From an uncultured Acidobacteriota bacterium (GTDB lineage Bacteria; Acidobacteriota; Vicinamibacteria; Vicinamibacterales; CAVVIG01), in assembly GCA_963840225.1 (NCBI GenBank), contig CAWIYH010000002.1, positions 135,934-199,933 of the forward strand: a DNA stretch of 64,000 nucleotides, read 5' to 3'. Below are positions 32,165 to 40,714 of the stretch, in pieces. Made by a program: the position numbers and the translations under genes. The stretch's first letter is position 1, and every line of letters begins with the position of its first letter. The notes beneath the pieces were generated by a model, which saw only the letters and a list, made by a program, of their open reading frames with translations, searched no databases and was not told the origin of the DNA.

Positions 32165-32860
32165 ATGCACGCCTCGCACGACGAGTGGTCCCGCCAGGAC
32201 CGCGGACCGGCCGTCTACTACGGATATTGCGGCCGGACGCGCCGGTTCCGCATGATGGATCTGCCCGACTACCTGTCCAACGCCCAGCAGGGGATGTCGC
32301 GGCTGGCCACCGATCCGCAGGGCATCTACCAGGAGATGATCCAGAGCTACTACGGGCCCTCGGCGGCCGGGGGCGGCGGCGTCCACGGCTGGGCGCTCCA
32401 CGACTGCGGGTGCCACGGCGGCCGCGACTGTCACTGCGAGTGCTGCGTCTCAGACGCCGACGTCCTCGTGCACGCCCGTTGCGGCGAGGTTCGCCGGATT
32501 CCGGTCACCTTCGAGAACGATACCCGGCGAGAGCGCAACGTCACCCTGGAGCTCGGCCAGTTCGCGGCCTCCGGCGGCACCGATCTGAAGTGGAACGCGC
32601 AGCTGTCGGAGCAGGCGTTCACCCTCGCGCCGTGCGGCGAACATACGGTCATCGTCACGGTACGCGTGGAATGCGATGGTCCAGACGTCGCCGGCGCCGT
32701 GAACGAGCGCGGCGTCGGCACCGTGGATCGATGCCGGACCGGGTACGCCACCCTGCGCGCAGAGGGCTGCCTGGTGCGGCCGGCCGTGCTCGCGGTTGCC
32801 GTGCTGCCCGACGACTGCGATTCGTATCGCCGTCCCTGCAGCTGCGGCTGCTGCAACTGA
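32165..32860 (+). CDS. Cys-rich hypothetical protein (17 Cys in 231 aa) with a central beta-sandwich-like module
   Basis: AGGAGGG RBS. HDCGCHGGRDCHCECC (aa 79-94) and C-terminal PCSCGCCN. Middle region VTFENDTRRERNVTLELGQF...FTLAPCGEHTVIVTVRV. Confidence 0.75.
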   Translation: MHASHDEWSRQDRGPAVYYGYCGRTRRFRMMDLPDYLSNAQQGMSRLATDPQGIYQEMIQSYYGPSAAGGGGVHGWALHDCGCHGGRDCHCECCVSDADVLVHARCGEVRRIPVTFENDTRRERNVTLELGQFAASGGTDLKWNAQLSEQAFTLAPCGEHTVIVTVRVECDGPDVAGAVNERGVGTVDRCRTGYATLRAEGCLVRPAVLAVAVLPDDCDSYRRPCSCGCCN

Positions 32861-32868
32861 GTGGACCG

Positions 32869-33882
32869 GTGACGCAGGCGACCGACTGGGGGCTCAGGTT
32901 CCAGGAGCTCGCCGCCGACGCCGGGCAGATGTACGCGCGCACGCTGCGCCGCTACAACGAGCTGCTCGATCGCGTCGCGCGCGCCGAGGTCAGCCCACAG
33001 GAGGTCGAGCGGCAGTTCCGCGAATACCTGCAGGAACAGGCGGCCGCGTCGACGCGTGAGCTGGTCGAGCTGAGCGTCGGTCTCCTCGCCGGCCTGCTCC
33101 ACGTCGAGGCCCGGTACCGCGAGGCGCTCCTCGACGGTCTCCTGCCGGCAGAGGGCGCTCCGCCTCCGCCTCCCTCGCCGTCGAGCATCGACGTGACGAA
33201 CTGGTTTCAGGCGCTCGCCACGTACGCGGCGGAGCAGAGCGCGCGCGGCATCGCGCGGCACCAGCAGCTCGTCGAGCGGGTCGCATCCGGCGAGATTCCA
33301 CCGTCCAGGGTGCAGGAGCAGGGACGCCGGTATCTCGAGCGGCACGCCCCCGAGTTTCTCGGCGACGTCATGAACCTGGGGCTCACCTTCGTCGGCCGGC
33401 TGCAGCGGTCGTCGGCATCCTTCGCCGACGGCCTGTACAATCGCGTGCTCGGCGCCGAGCCGGCCGGCGCCCCGTCGGGCCCCGAGCCGCCGGTCTGCGT
33501 CGACCTGCGCGGGCCGTCAGGCAGCGTGGCATCGGGGGGCATCGTCGTGGAGAACTCGCGTCCGCAGCCGGCGGACGTGGTGTGCCGCGCCTCGGAGTTC
33601 GCGCGGCGCAGCGGCGGGCGCCGTGTCCGCGCCCCGCTCGAGATCCTCCCATCGCAGTTCACGCTCGCCCCGGGCGGACAGAAGGACGTCGCCATCCGTC
33701 TGCCGCTCGACCCCGAGCAGTTCGAGACGGGAGCCGACTACGTGGCCACGCTCCTCGTCTCGGGCGCCGGCGAGCAGGATCTCGTCGTGCCGCTGATCGC
33801 ACGAGCCGAAGCCGGCGCCGCGCCGCCCGCCCCGGCGACCCCCGCCGGGCCACCGCGCGCCCGGCGCAAAGCCCGAAGCTAG
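32869..33882 (+). CDS. hypothetical protein, paralog of 29626-30603 (phasin-like helices + beta-sandwich)
   Basis: GTG 32869 lies 8 nt after the upstream stop. RVARAEVSPQEVERQF and RVASGEIPPSRVQEQG repeats. C-terminus IVVENSRPQPADVVCRASEF...FTLAPGGQKDVAIRLPLD. Confidence 0.75.
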   Translation: MTQATDWGLRFQELAADAGQMYARTLRRYNELLDRVARAEVSPQEVERQFREYLQEQAAASTRELVELSVGLLAGLLHVEARYREALLDGLLPAEGAPPPPPSPSSIDVTNWFQALATYAAEQSARGIARHQQLVERVASGEIPPSRVQEQGRRYLERHAPEFLGDVMNLGLTFVGRLQRSSASFADGLYNRVLGAEPAGAPSGPEPPVCVDLRGPSGSVASGGIVVENSRPQPADVVCRASEFARRSGGRRVRAPLEILPSQFTLAPGGQKDVAIRLPLDPEQFETGADYVATLLVSGAGEQDLVVPLIARAEAGAAPPAPATPAGPPRARRKARS

Positions 33883-33997
33883 GACTTCATCGGACCGCAG
33901 GAGCGGAGCACGCGGCATGGCCCAGGAACGCTTCGTCGAGGAGAGCGTCTCTCGCGGCACCGAGTGGGACGCATAGGCCGCTGACGCGCGGCGTGGT

Positions 33998-34023
33998 CAT
34001 ATATCTGTCTTGACAAATATATG
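33998..34023. promoter_or_regulatory. 12-2-12 inverted repeat, ArsR/SmtB-type operator candidate
   Basis: CATATATCTGTC-TT-GACAAATATATG has 11 of 12 positions complementary per arm. It overlaps the -35 box of the arsM promoter. Confidence 0.55.
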
Positions 34024-34038
34024 TCAGCGGCCTACACT
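34010..34038 (+). promoter_or_regulatory. sigma-70-type promoter TTGACA-N17-TACACT
   Basis: TTGACA at 34010-34015 and TACACT at 34033-34038, then AGGAG (34064-34068) and ATG 34077. It is an AT-rich island. Confidence 0.55.
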
Positions 34039-34076
34039 GTCACCATATTCGCGTCAGCAGATTCAGGAGCTCGCCC

Positions 34077-34928
34077 ATGTCAGACATCAAGCAGGCCGTT
34101 CAAGAGAAATATGGCGCCATCGCCGCGTCCGTCGCACAGTCCTCGGCCGCCTCCAGGGTCGGCTGCTGCGGGCCGACGGCGTGCGGAGGGGACGACCCGA
34201 TCACGTCGAAGCTGTACTCCGACGCGGAGACAACCGGCCTGCCGGCCGCGGCCGTGGCGGCGTCCCTCGGATGCGGCAACCCGACGGCGCTCATCGACCT
34301 CGAGCCCGGCGAGACCGTCCTCGACCTCGGTTCGGGCGGCGGCATCGACGTCCTGCTGTCGGCGAAGCGGGTCGGTCCCACCGGCAAGGCCTACGGGCTC
34401 GACATGACCGACGAGATGCTGGCGCTCGCGCGTGAGAATCAGCAGAAGGCCGGCGCGGCCAACGTCGAGTTCCTCAAGGGCACCATCGAGGCGATCCCGC
34501 TCCCCGACGCCTCGGTCGACGTCGTCATCTCCAACTGCGTCATCAACCTGTCGAGCGACAAGGACGCCGTGCTGCGCGAGGCGTTCCGGGTGCTGAAGCC
34601 GGGCGGCCGGTTCGCCGTGTCCGACGTGGTGGTTCGCGGCGAGGTTCCCCCCGACATCCGGCGCAACATGGAATTGTGGGTCGGCTGCATCGCCGGCGCG
34701 CTCGAAGAGCGCGAGTACACCGAGAAGCTGCGAGCGGCCGGCTTCGGCGACGTGACGGTCGAGCCGTGGCGCGTCTACCAGGTGGAGGACGCGCGGGCGT
34801 TTCTGACCGAGGCCGGCGTCGACGTCGATCGGTTCGCCCCGCAGGTCGAGGGCAGGTTCGCGAGCGCGTTCGTCCGCGCCCGCAAGCCGGACGCGGCGCC
34901 CTGCTGCGGTCCGCGCTGCTGCTCGTAG
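34077..34928 (+). CDS. arsM: arsenite S-adenosylmethionine methyltransferase
   Basis: [16 protein letters not shown]..., Cys pairs ([16 protein letters not shown]), the SAM motif [19 protein letters not shown], and a C-terminal PCCGPRCCS. Confidence 0.9.
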   Translation: MSDIKQAVQEKYGAIAASVAQSSAASRVGCCGPTACGGDDPITSKLYSDAETTGLPAAAVAASLGCGNPTALIDLEPGETVLDLGSGGGIDVLLSAKRVGPTGKAYGLDMTDEMLALARENQQKAGAANVEFLKGTIEAIPLPDASVDVVISNCVINLSSDKDAVLREAFRVLKPGGRFAVSDVVVRGEVPPDIRRNMELWVGCIAGALEEREYTEKLRAAGFGDVTVEPWRVYQVEDARAFLTEAGVDVDRFAPQVEGRFASAFVRARKPDAAPCCGPRCCS

Positions 34929-34937
34929 GGATCTGCC

Positions 34938-35135
34938 GTGCCGGCTGCCGCCGGCCTGCCGGCGCACCTGACTGTCGATTGCATCGCGGCGGGCCTCGAC
35001 CTGATGGTGGATCCGCCGCTCGCGAACGCGCGGTACGAGCGGCTCGGCCATGTCTTCCGCGACGTCCGGATTCTGCGGCTGCCGCTCGTCCTCAACGGGG
35101 TGGGCGGACTGCGGCGGATTGTGGGGATCCCGTGA
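34938..35135 (+). CDS. small hypothetical ORF (65 aa) between arsM and arsC
   Basis: GC3 is very high in this frame. Its stop overlaps the arsC GTG (GTGA at 35132-35135). I recognise no family. Confidence 0.4.
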   Translation: MPAAAGLPAHLTVDCIAAGLDLMVDPPLANARYERLGHVFRDVRILRLPLVLNGVGGLRRIVGIP

Positions 35136-35542
35136 GCGACGATCCGCGCACCGTGGTCTTCGCGTGCGTGCACAACGCGGGGCGGTCGCAGATGGCGGCG
35201 GCGTTCTTCAATCGCATTGCCGACGCCCGCCGGGCGCGCGCGCTGTCGGCCGGCACCGAGCCCGCCGACCACGTTCATCCGGAGGTCGTGGCGGTCATGC
35301 ACGAGGCGGGCATCGACCTGAGCGCCGCCACGCCGCGGCTGCTCACGGCCGACCTCGCCCGCTCGATCGACTGGCTCGTCACGATGGGGTGCGGCGAATC
35401 GTGCCCGGTGGTTCCGGGCGCCAGGCGCGAAGACTGGCCGCTCGCCGATCCGAAGGGTCAGCCGCCGGCCCGCGTCCGCGAGATTCGGGACGAGATCCGG
35501 CGCCACGTCGAGGACTTCATCCGTCGCGAAGGGCTCGGGTGA
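35132..35542 (+). CDS. arsC: arsenate reductase, LMW-PTPase type
   Basis: VVFACVHNAGRSQMAAAFF (CX5R P-loop), later MGCGESCP, and DPKGQ. Confidence 0.88.
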   Translation: MSDDPRTVVFACVHNAGRSQMAAAFFNRIADARRARALSAGTEPADHVHPEVVAVMHEAGIDLSAATPRLLTADLARSIDWLVTMGCGESCPVVPGARREDWPLADPKGQPPARVREIRDEIRRHVEDFIRREGLG

Positions 35543-35614
35543 GCGGGTCGATCGCGTCTCCGGAACCGGATGAGGATGTGAAGGCCGCCGCGTCGGCGGG
35601 CCCGGCCGATCGGG

Positions 35615-37510
35615 TCAGCGGATCGAATAGTCCTGCGCCAGGGGCGACGAGAGAATGGAGAGGGCCAGGAGGTTCTGCGGGTCCTTCCCGTTGACCGCCT
35701 TCGCCAGCTGGAACGCCTTCGCGTACTCCTGCTTGCGGAAGTAGTACGTCGCCAGCAGCGCCTGCAAATCGAGGTTGGAGGGGAACCACTTGCGCGCGGT
35801 GTCGGCCATCGCGCCGAGATTGTCGATGGCGCCCGACTGGAGGTACGCCCTCCCGAGCATCACGTAGGCCGCCTCCATGCGCGGATCGAGCAGCACCGCC
35901 TTCTCCAGGTACGGCGTGGCCAGGTCGGTGTCCCGTTCGGCGAGATACAGCGTGCCGAGACAGAAGTAGCCATCGGGGTTGAGCGGCTCCAGGCGCTGGG
36001 CCTTCAGGAAGGCCAGCTCGGCCTTGTCGTAGACGTGCTGCTCGGCAAACAGCTTTCCGATGTCGATCCACGCCGCCTGGAAATCCGGATAGATGCGAAT
36101 CGCCTGCGTGAAAGCCCGCATCGCGGCCGCCAGGCGTTCCTGCCGCTCGTCGGGCGACGACAGCGTAGCGCTCTCGCTCTGGAGATCGGATCCGTAGATC
36201 ACCTGCGCGGCGGCGTTGTTCTGCATGTAGCGGATCCGGTTTCGGATGAGCGTCGAGTCGTTGCGCCAGTCTCCGCTGACGACGGCCGTGCGCGCGAAGA
36301 AGGCGACGAGGACGATCGACAGAAGAGCCAGCGCCCCTCTTGCGGTTCCGCTCGCCAGCGTCGGCGCTCTCAGCGGGATGGATCCCGCCCTGAAGACACA
36401 GTAGATCGCGACCATCGACAGCCCGACCGACGGCATGAACAGATACCGATCGGCCATCGTGTCGGGCGCGTAGACCAGCAGGTTCGAGTACACCGAGTAG
36501 GTGACGACGGCCCATAGGACGCCGAAGGCGAGCGGGCTCCGCGCGGGCAGCGTCCTCCACACCAGGACGGCCAGCGCCGCCAGACCGCCGATCACGAGCC
36601 ACGTCACGGGATCGACCCAGCTGTTCAATGGAATCTGGTCGTACCCGTACAGGTGAATGAGCGGGTGAGGCACCACGAACAGGCGAACGTAGCGGGCGAT
36701 GATGACGAGCGCCGTCGGGACGATGGCATGCGGACGGGTCGTCCACAGGAAGACATTGTTCAGGACCGTCGAGTTCAGGTGCAGGACGAGGTCCGGCGAG
36801 ACCGTGTTCAACAGTTTCCGAACCGCGACGGCCAGCACGGCGCTCGAGACCGCCGCAGCGCCGATCGCGATCGCGAGCCGGCGCGAGACCCCCGGGCCCG
36901 ACGATCGATACCAGGCCACGAGGGGCACGAGAGGAAGCAGCGTGATCGCGTTCTCCTTGGACAGGCAGGCGGCGAGAAAGCAGGCCGCGCCTCCCACGAA
37001 CGACCGCCACTTCAGCCCCTCGAGTCCCTCGACCAGCAGCATGATCGACGCCAGGCCGAAGACGAGGGCGAGAATCTCGTCCCGGCTCTTGATGTTCGCC
37101 ACGACTTCGACGTGCAGCGGGTGAACCGCGAACAGCGCCGCGACGAGCAGCGCGTACAGCGGACCGAGACCGACGAAGACGAACCGCGCGAACTGGTACA
37201 CCATCACGCAGGCGGCCGCGTACCACAGGACGTTGAAGGCGTGGCCGGTGTGCGGGTTGCCCCCGAACAGCTGGTATTCGACGGCGTGCAGCGCCTGAGG
37301 CACCGGGCGGTACTCGCTCTTGAACGGCACGCTCACCCGTTTCGTGAAGATGTCGGGCAGGCCCCGGATGCCCGCCTTCGTGTAGTCGTTGGCGGTGATG
37401 GCCAGCTTGTCGTCCCAGGCGTACCCGTACGTCACCGTGCCGGCGTACTGCAGCGCCGCCAGGACGAATATCACCAGCGGCAATAGGCGGGACGCGCGCG
37501 ACAACGCCAC
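35615..37510 (-). CDS. GT-C fold glycosyltransferase of the PMT_2/TMTC/ArnT type with C-terminal TPR repeats
   Basis: N-terminal YGYAWDDKLAITAN motif and ~11 TM helices. The C-terminus carries TPRs (AFTQAIRIYPDFQAAWIDIGKLF..., LEKAVLLDPRMEAAYVMLGRAYL...). GTG start lies 6 nt after the upstream stop. Confidence 0.8.
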   Translation of the reverse strand: MALSRASRLLPLVIFVLAALQYAGTVTYGYAWDDKLAITANDYTKAGIRGLPDIFTKRVSVPFKSEYRPVPQALHAVEYQLFGGNPHTGHAFNVLWYAAACVMVYQFARFVFVGLGPLYALLVAALFAVHPLHVEVVANIKSRDEILALVFGLASIMLLVEGLEGLKWRSFVGGAACFLAACLSKENAITLLPLVPLVAWYRSSGPGVSRRLAIAIGAAAVSSAVLAVAVRKLLNTVSPDLVLHLNSTVLNNVFLWTTRPHAIVPTALVIIARYVRLFVVPHPLIHLYGYDQIPLNSWVDPVTWLVIGGLAALAVLVWRTLPARSPLAFGVLWAVVTYSVYSNLLVYAPDTMADRYLFMPSVGLSMVAIYCVFRAGSIPLRAPTLASGTARGALALLSIVLVAFFARTAVVSGDWRNDSTLIRNRIRYMQNNAAAQVIYGSDLQSESATLSSPDERQERLAAAMRAFTQAIRIYPDFQAAWIDIGKLFAEQHVYDKAELAFLKAQRLEPLNPDGYFCLGTLYLAERDTDLATPYLEKAVLLDPRMEAAYVMLGRAYLQSGAIDNLGAMADTARKWFPSNLDLQALLATYYFRKQEYAKAFQLAKAVNGKDPQNLLALSILSSPLAQDYSIR

Positions 37511-37516
37511 GGCCGC

Positions 37517-39899
37517 TCAGCGTCTCGCTGGCGTCTCGAGGACCACCTTCATGACGCCCGCGCCGCGCGTGCCGACCCAGACGTCGAAGGCGTTGGTCGA
37601 GGCGGAGAAGCGGCCCGGGCTGAAGTAGGCGAAGAGCGGCCGGGGGATGTGCGGCGAGGTCGATGTGGGATTGACAGGCGTCGAGATCGGCTGCCAGTCG
37701 GCGCCGCTGTCGAGCGACAGAAACAACCCGGCATCGACCGCGCCGGCGACGATGGTCGTCGGATCGAGCGGATCGAACTTGAACAGCGACGGCTGCCAGT
37801 AGGTGCCGAATGACAGGGTGGCCGTCAGCCTCCCCAGGTTCGTCCGATTCACGAACACGGGAGCGCCGGTGGCCGTGTTGCCGAGCATCAGGGCTCTCGA
37901 GGGCCGTCAGCCGCGTCCACGGCGCACCGAGCGCCGTCGTCATCCAGATCTCGAAGTTGTTCGACGCGGCGTTGATGCCCGAGATGATGATGCGCCGGCC
38001 GTCGGTCGGGTCCACGTCCCACGCCGTCGCGCTCGCGATGCCGGGCGGCAGCGGCACGGACACCCAGTTGGTCCCCGCCGCGCCGGTCGTGCCGACGAGC
38101 GAGGACATGAAGATGACGCCGGTCGATTCCGGATTGCCCCTGCCGGTGTGAAAGAAGACGGTCGGCTGGCCGCTCAGGGTCGCGACCTTCAGGTTGCCGG
38201 TGCCCGAGCTCGGCGCGGTGGGCGCGCTCAACCCCGTCCAGGCAATCCCGCTCGTGATGTCGTTGGTGAAGTACACGTCGCCCGACAGGTTCACCACGGC
38301 GCCCTTCGCGCCGAATGGCACGTTCTGCCGTCCGCTCTCGAACCGCGTGAAGTTGGCCGACGACGGGTAGTTCGAGATCTCGCTCCCGCCCCCGCCGTCG
38401 CGGTTGCGGAGGTTCAACCGGAACGGCCTGCCCGTGTTCGCCTGCCCCTCCAGGGACAGAATCTTGCCTGGTCCCTCGGAGTTGTGCAGGACGTCGCAGC
38501 AGGTGTAGTTGTTCCAGTTCGGCCCCGGCGGGTTGTGCCCCTCCGCGACATTGGTGGCCGCCCAGCCGCCGGCATCCTGCAGGCCGTAGGTCACGGCGTG
38601 CAGGCCGGCGCCGACGCGCGCGCCGTCCATGCCCCACAGCCACGTGGCGTGCGGGGTGATCGCCGGCTGGTCCCACTCCGGGCCCTGGCAGTCCGGATTG
38701 CTGCGCTTCGTGTTGCGGTAGACGCCGCCGTCGCTCGAGAAGAGCGACGGGCACGCGCCCGACTGGAACCGCGGATCGAACAGCACGTCGCCGACGTCCC
38801 AGTGGCCCCCGTTCTGGACGTTCGTCCAGCTGTTGAGCGGCGTGCGGGCGGCGCCGCCGGGCGCCGCGGTGGACGGCGTGATGGCGGTCGTCTTGAACAG
38901 GTTCGTGTCGCCGAACCACACGTCGAACTGCGTCGACGAGGACGTCTGGTTCGTCTTCACGAACGGGATCCGGCCCTGGGCGGCAGATTTCCCGCCGATG
39001 GTCGGCGGCGTCAATGACGTCGGCCAGGTGGCGCCGCCGTCGTCGGATTCCCAGATGCTGATGCCGGCCAGTGCCGGAGCGGGCGGCCGCTGGGTCGTGG
39101 CCGCCAGCAGCACGTAGCTTTCGGCGGGCGACACGGCAATCGTGGTCACGGGCCCGACCACGCCGGCCACCGGCCCCGGCCCGCCCAGGACCGGCGACCA
39201 GGTGGCGCCGTTGTCGGTCGACCGGAGATGACCGTTGGTGCTGATCACGTCCACGATCTGCCTTCCATGCGCGACGACGGCGAACACCTGCTCCGCCGCA
39301 TCGCCGGGTGAAGGATCGATGAACGTCCAGGTCGCTCCGCGGTCGAGGGTTCTCGCCAGGCCGCAGTTCGTGCCGACGAACACCGCGTTCGGATTGCTCG
39401 CGTTGATCGCAATCTGCCATCCCGCCGGCTCGGTCCGGGCCTGGGGAAGGGCGCAGATCAACGTGTTCAGCGAGCCGATGTTCACCGGCGTCCAGGTGGC
39501 TCCCGCATCGTCGCTGACGCTGATGCCCGATTGCGGGACCACCCGGCCGTCGAAGGACGAGGTCGCGTACACGCGCTGGTCGTTCCCCGGATCCACCTTG
39601 ACGTCCCAGGTGGCCGACGGCGCGAATGTGTTGATCCTCACCCACGTCTGGCCCTGATCGAACGACTGATACAGCCCACCCCATTCCGTGGCGGCGTAGA
39701 TCCTGCTCATGTCGCTCGCCGCACCCACGTGATTCACGCGGCCGCCGCTGGCGCCGTTCGGATCGTCGCCGTCGGTGTTGGAGCGGGAGGGGTTGACGTC
39801 AAACCAGGTGGGCGTGGCCTGCGCGCGCGCCGTACGCACGGCGAGGCCGGAGACGACGAGCAGCGACAGGACGATTCGGGCGCCGGCCTCGTACCTCAT
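37517..39899 (-). CDS. secreted BNR/Asp-box beta-propeller protein, copy 1 (frame broken at ~37891)
   Basis: Signal peptide MRYEAGARIVLSLLVVSGLAVRTARA. Asp-boxes SFDQGQTW, SDDAGATW, TLDRGATW, STDNGATW, SDDGGATW. The C-terminal 123 aa are in another frame. The span is 2383 nt (3n+1). Colinear with copy 2. Confidence 0.8.
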
Positions 39900-39927
39900 C
39901 GTCGGTCTCGTGATGCTGACGGCCCGG

Positions 39928-40665
39928 TCAGAACGACGTCGGACAGACGGGCGTCAGGAACGCGAACTGTCTGTCCTGGTTCCACGCGTTCGAACCCGGG
40001 ACGTCCATGCGGATTGTATACGACAACCCCTGATTCAGGTCGCGCAGGACGAGCGTGTGCCGCAGGAACGGCCGCGCCGTGTCCCGATCGGTGATGGGAT
40101 CCATCCGGAAGTCCATCAGCTTCGGGAACAGCGCCGGACCGGTCACCAGCACGGCCGGCTCGTCGGCGACGAGCGCGCTGGTAGAGGGGATCTTGAACCG
40201 CTGCAGCTTGTCCGACGCGAGCGCCGTGGAATAGAAGTTCCGCTGGAATCCCTGATACTGCACGGTCAGGTCGAACCGCAGTCGCGGTGTCCCGGTCTGT
40301 GCCTGGCGGGTCGCCGAGAGAGCGCCCTCAGGGGCCTGTGCCGTCGGCTCGACCCAGACCAGCGTTACCTGAGGCACCATGCCGCCGGCGTCGGCCGAGA
40401 ACACGCATTCGCTGAGGACGCGCGGCTGCCAGGCCTGGGCCGGCGGCTGCTCGGGGACGACGACCGGCCGGGTGAAGTCCGGCGACTGGCTGATGAGCTC
40501 GCGCCAGTTCTTCCTGAAGTCGACGAAGATCTTGTCCTGCGGCGGGCGCGGGGCGGCCGCATCCCGGTCCACGCCGACTCTGTCCCGGTCGCCGACCTGC
40601 GCGCGGCCGCACGCGAAGGCGGTCAGGACGCACATGGAAAGGAGCAGCGGGGGCAGCGTGCGCAT
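39928..40665 (-). CDS. small secreted protein with N-terminal Cys (possible lipoprotein), copy 1
   Basis: ATG 40665 opens MRTLPPLLLSMCVLTAFAC. It ends FLTPVCPTSF. ~50% aa identity to 43087-43806. Confidence 0.7.
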   Translation of the reverse strand: MRTLPPLLLSMCVLTAFACGRAQVGDRDRVGVDRDAAAPRPPQDKIFVDFRKNWRELISQSPDFTRPVVVPEQPPAQAWQPRVLSECVFSADAGGMVPQVTLVWVEPTAQAPEGALSATRQAQTGTPRLRFDLTVQYQGFQRNFYSTALASDKLQRFKIPSTSALVADEPAVLVTGPALFPKLMDFRMDPITDRDTARPFLRHTLVLRDLNQGLSYTIRMDVPGSNAWNQDRQFAFLTPVCPTSF

Positions 40666-40714
40666 AACAGTCCCTGTCCTCATTCGACGCGGCCGGGAAG
40701 CGGCCCGTCGCACG

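Noticed and set aside
24293-35542. The idea that the PKS cluster and the adjacent arsM-arsC operon form one arsenic-containing polyketide or arsenolipid pathway.
   Set aside because: The ars genes have their own near-consensus promoter and operator and are a self-sufficient resistance unit. Proximity and the Cys-rich tails are the only link. I kept it only as a side remark under the Cys-rich protein.
35517-39899. A 1460-aa minus-strand ORF taken at face value as one giant protein.
   Set aside because: Only the first ~670 residues are propeller-like. After ...TRLTALE the sequence becomes Arg-rich nonsense and runs out of frame across the GT-C/TPR gene (35615-37510). Comparison with copy 2 shows a 1-nt frame break at ~37891.
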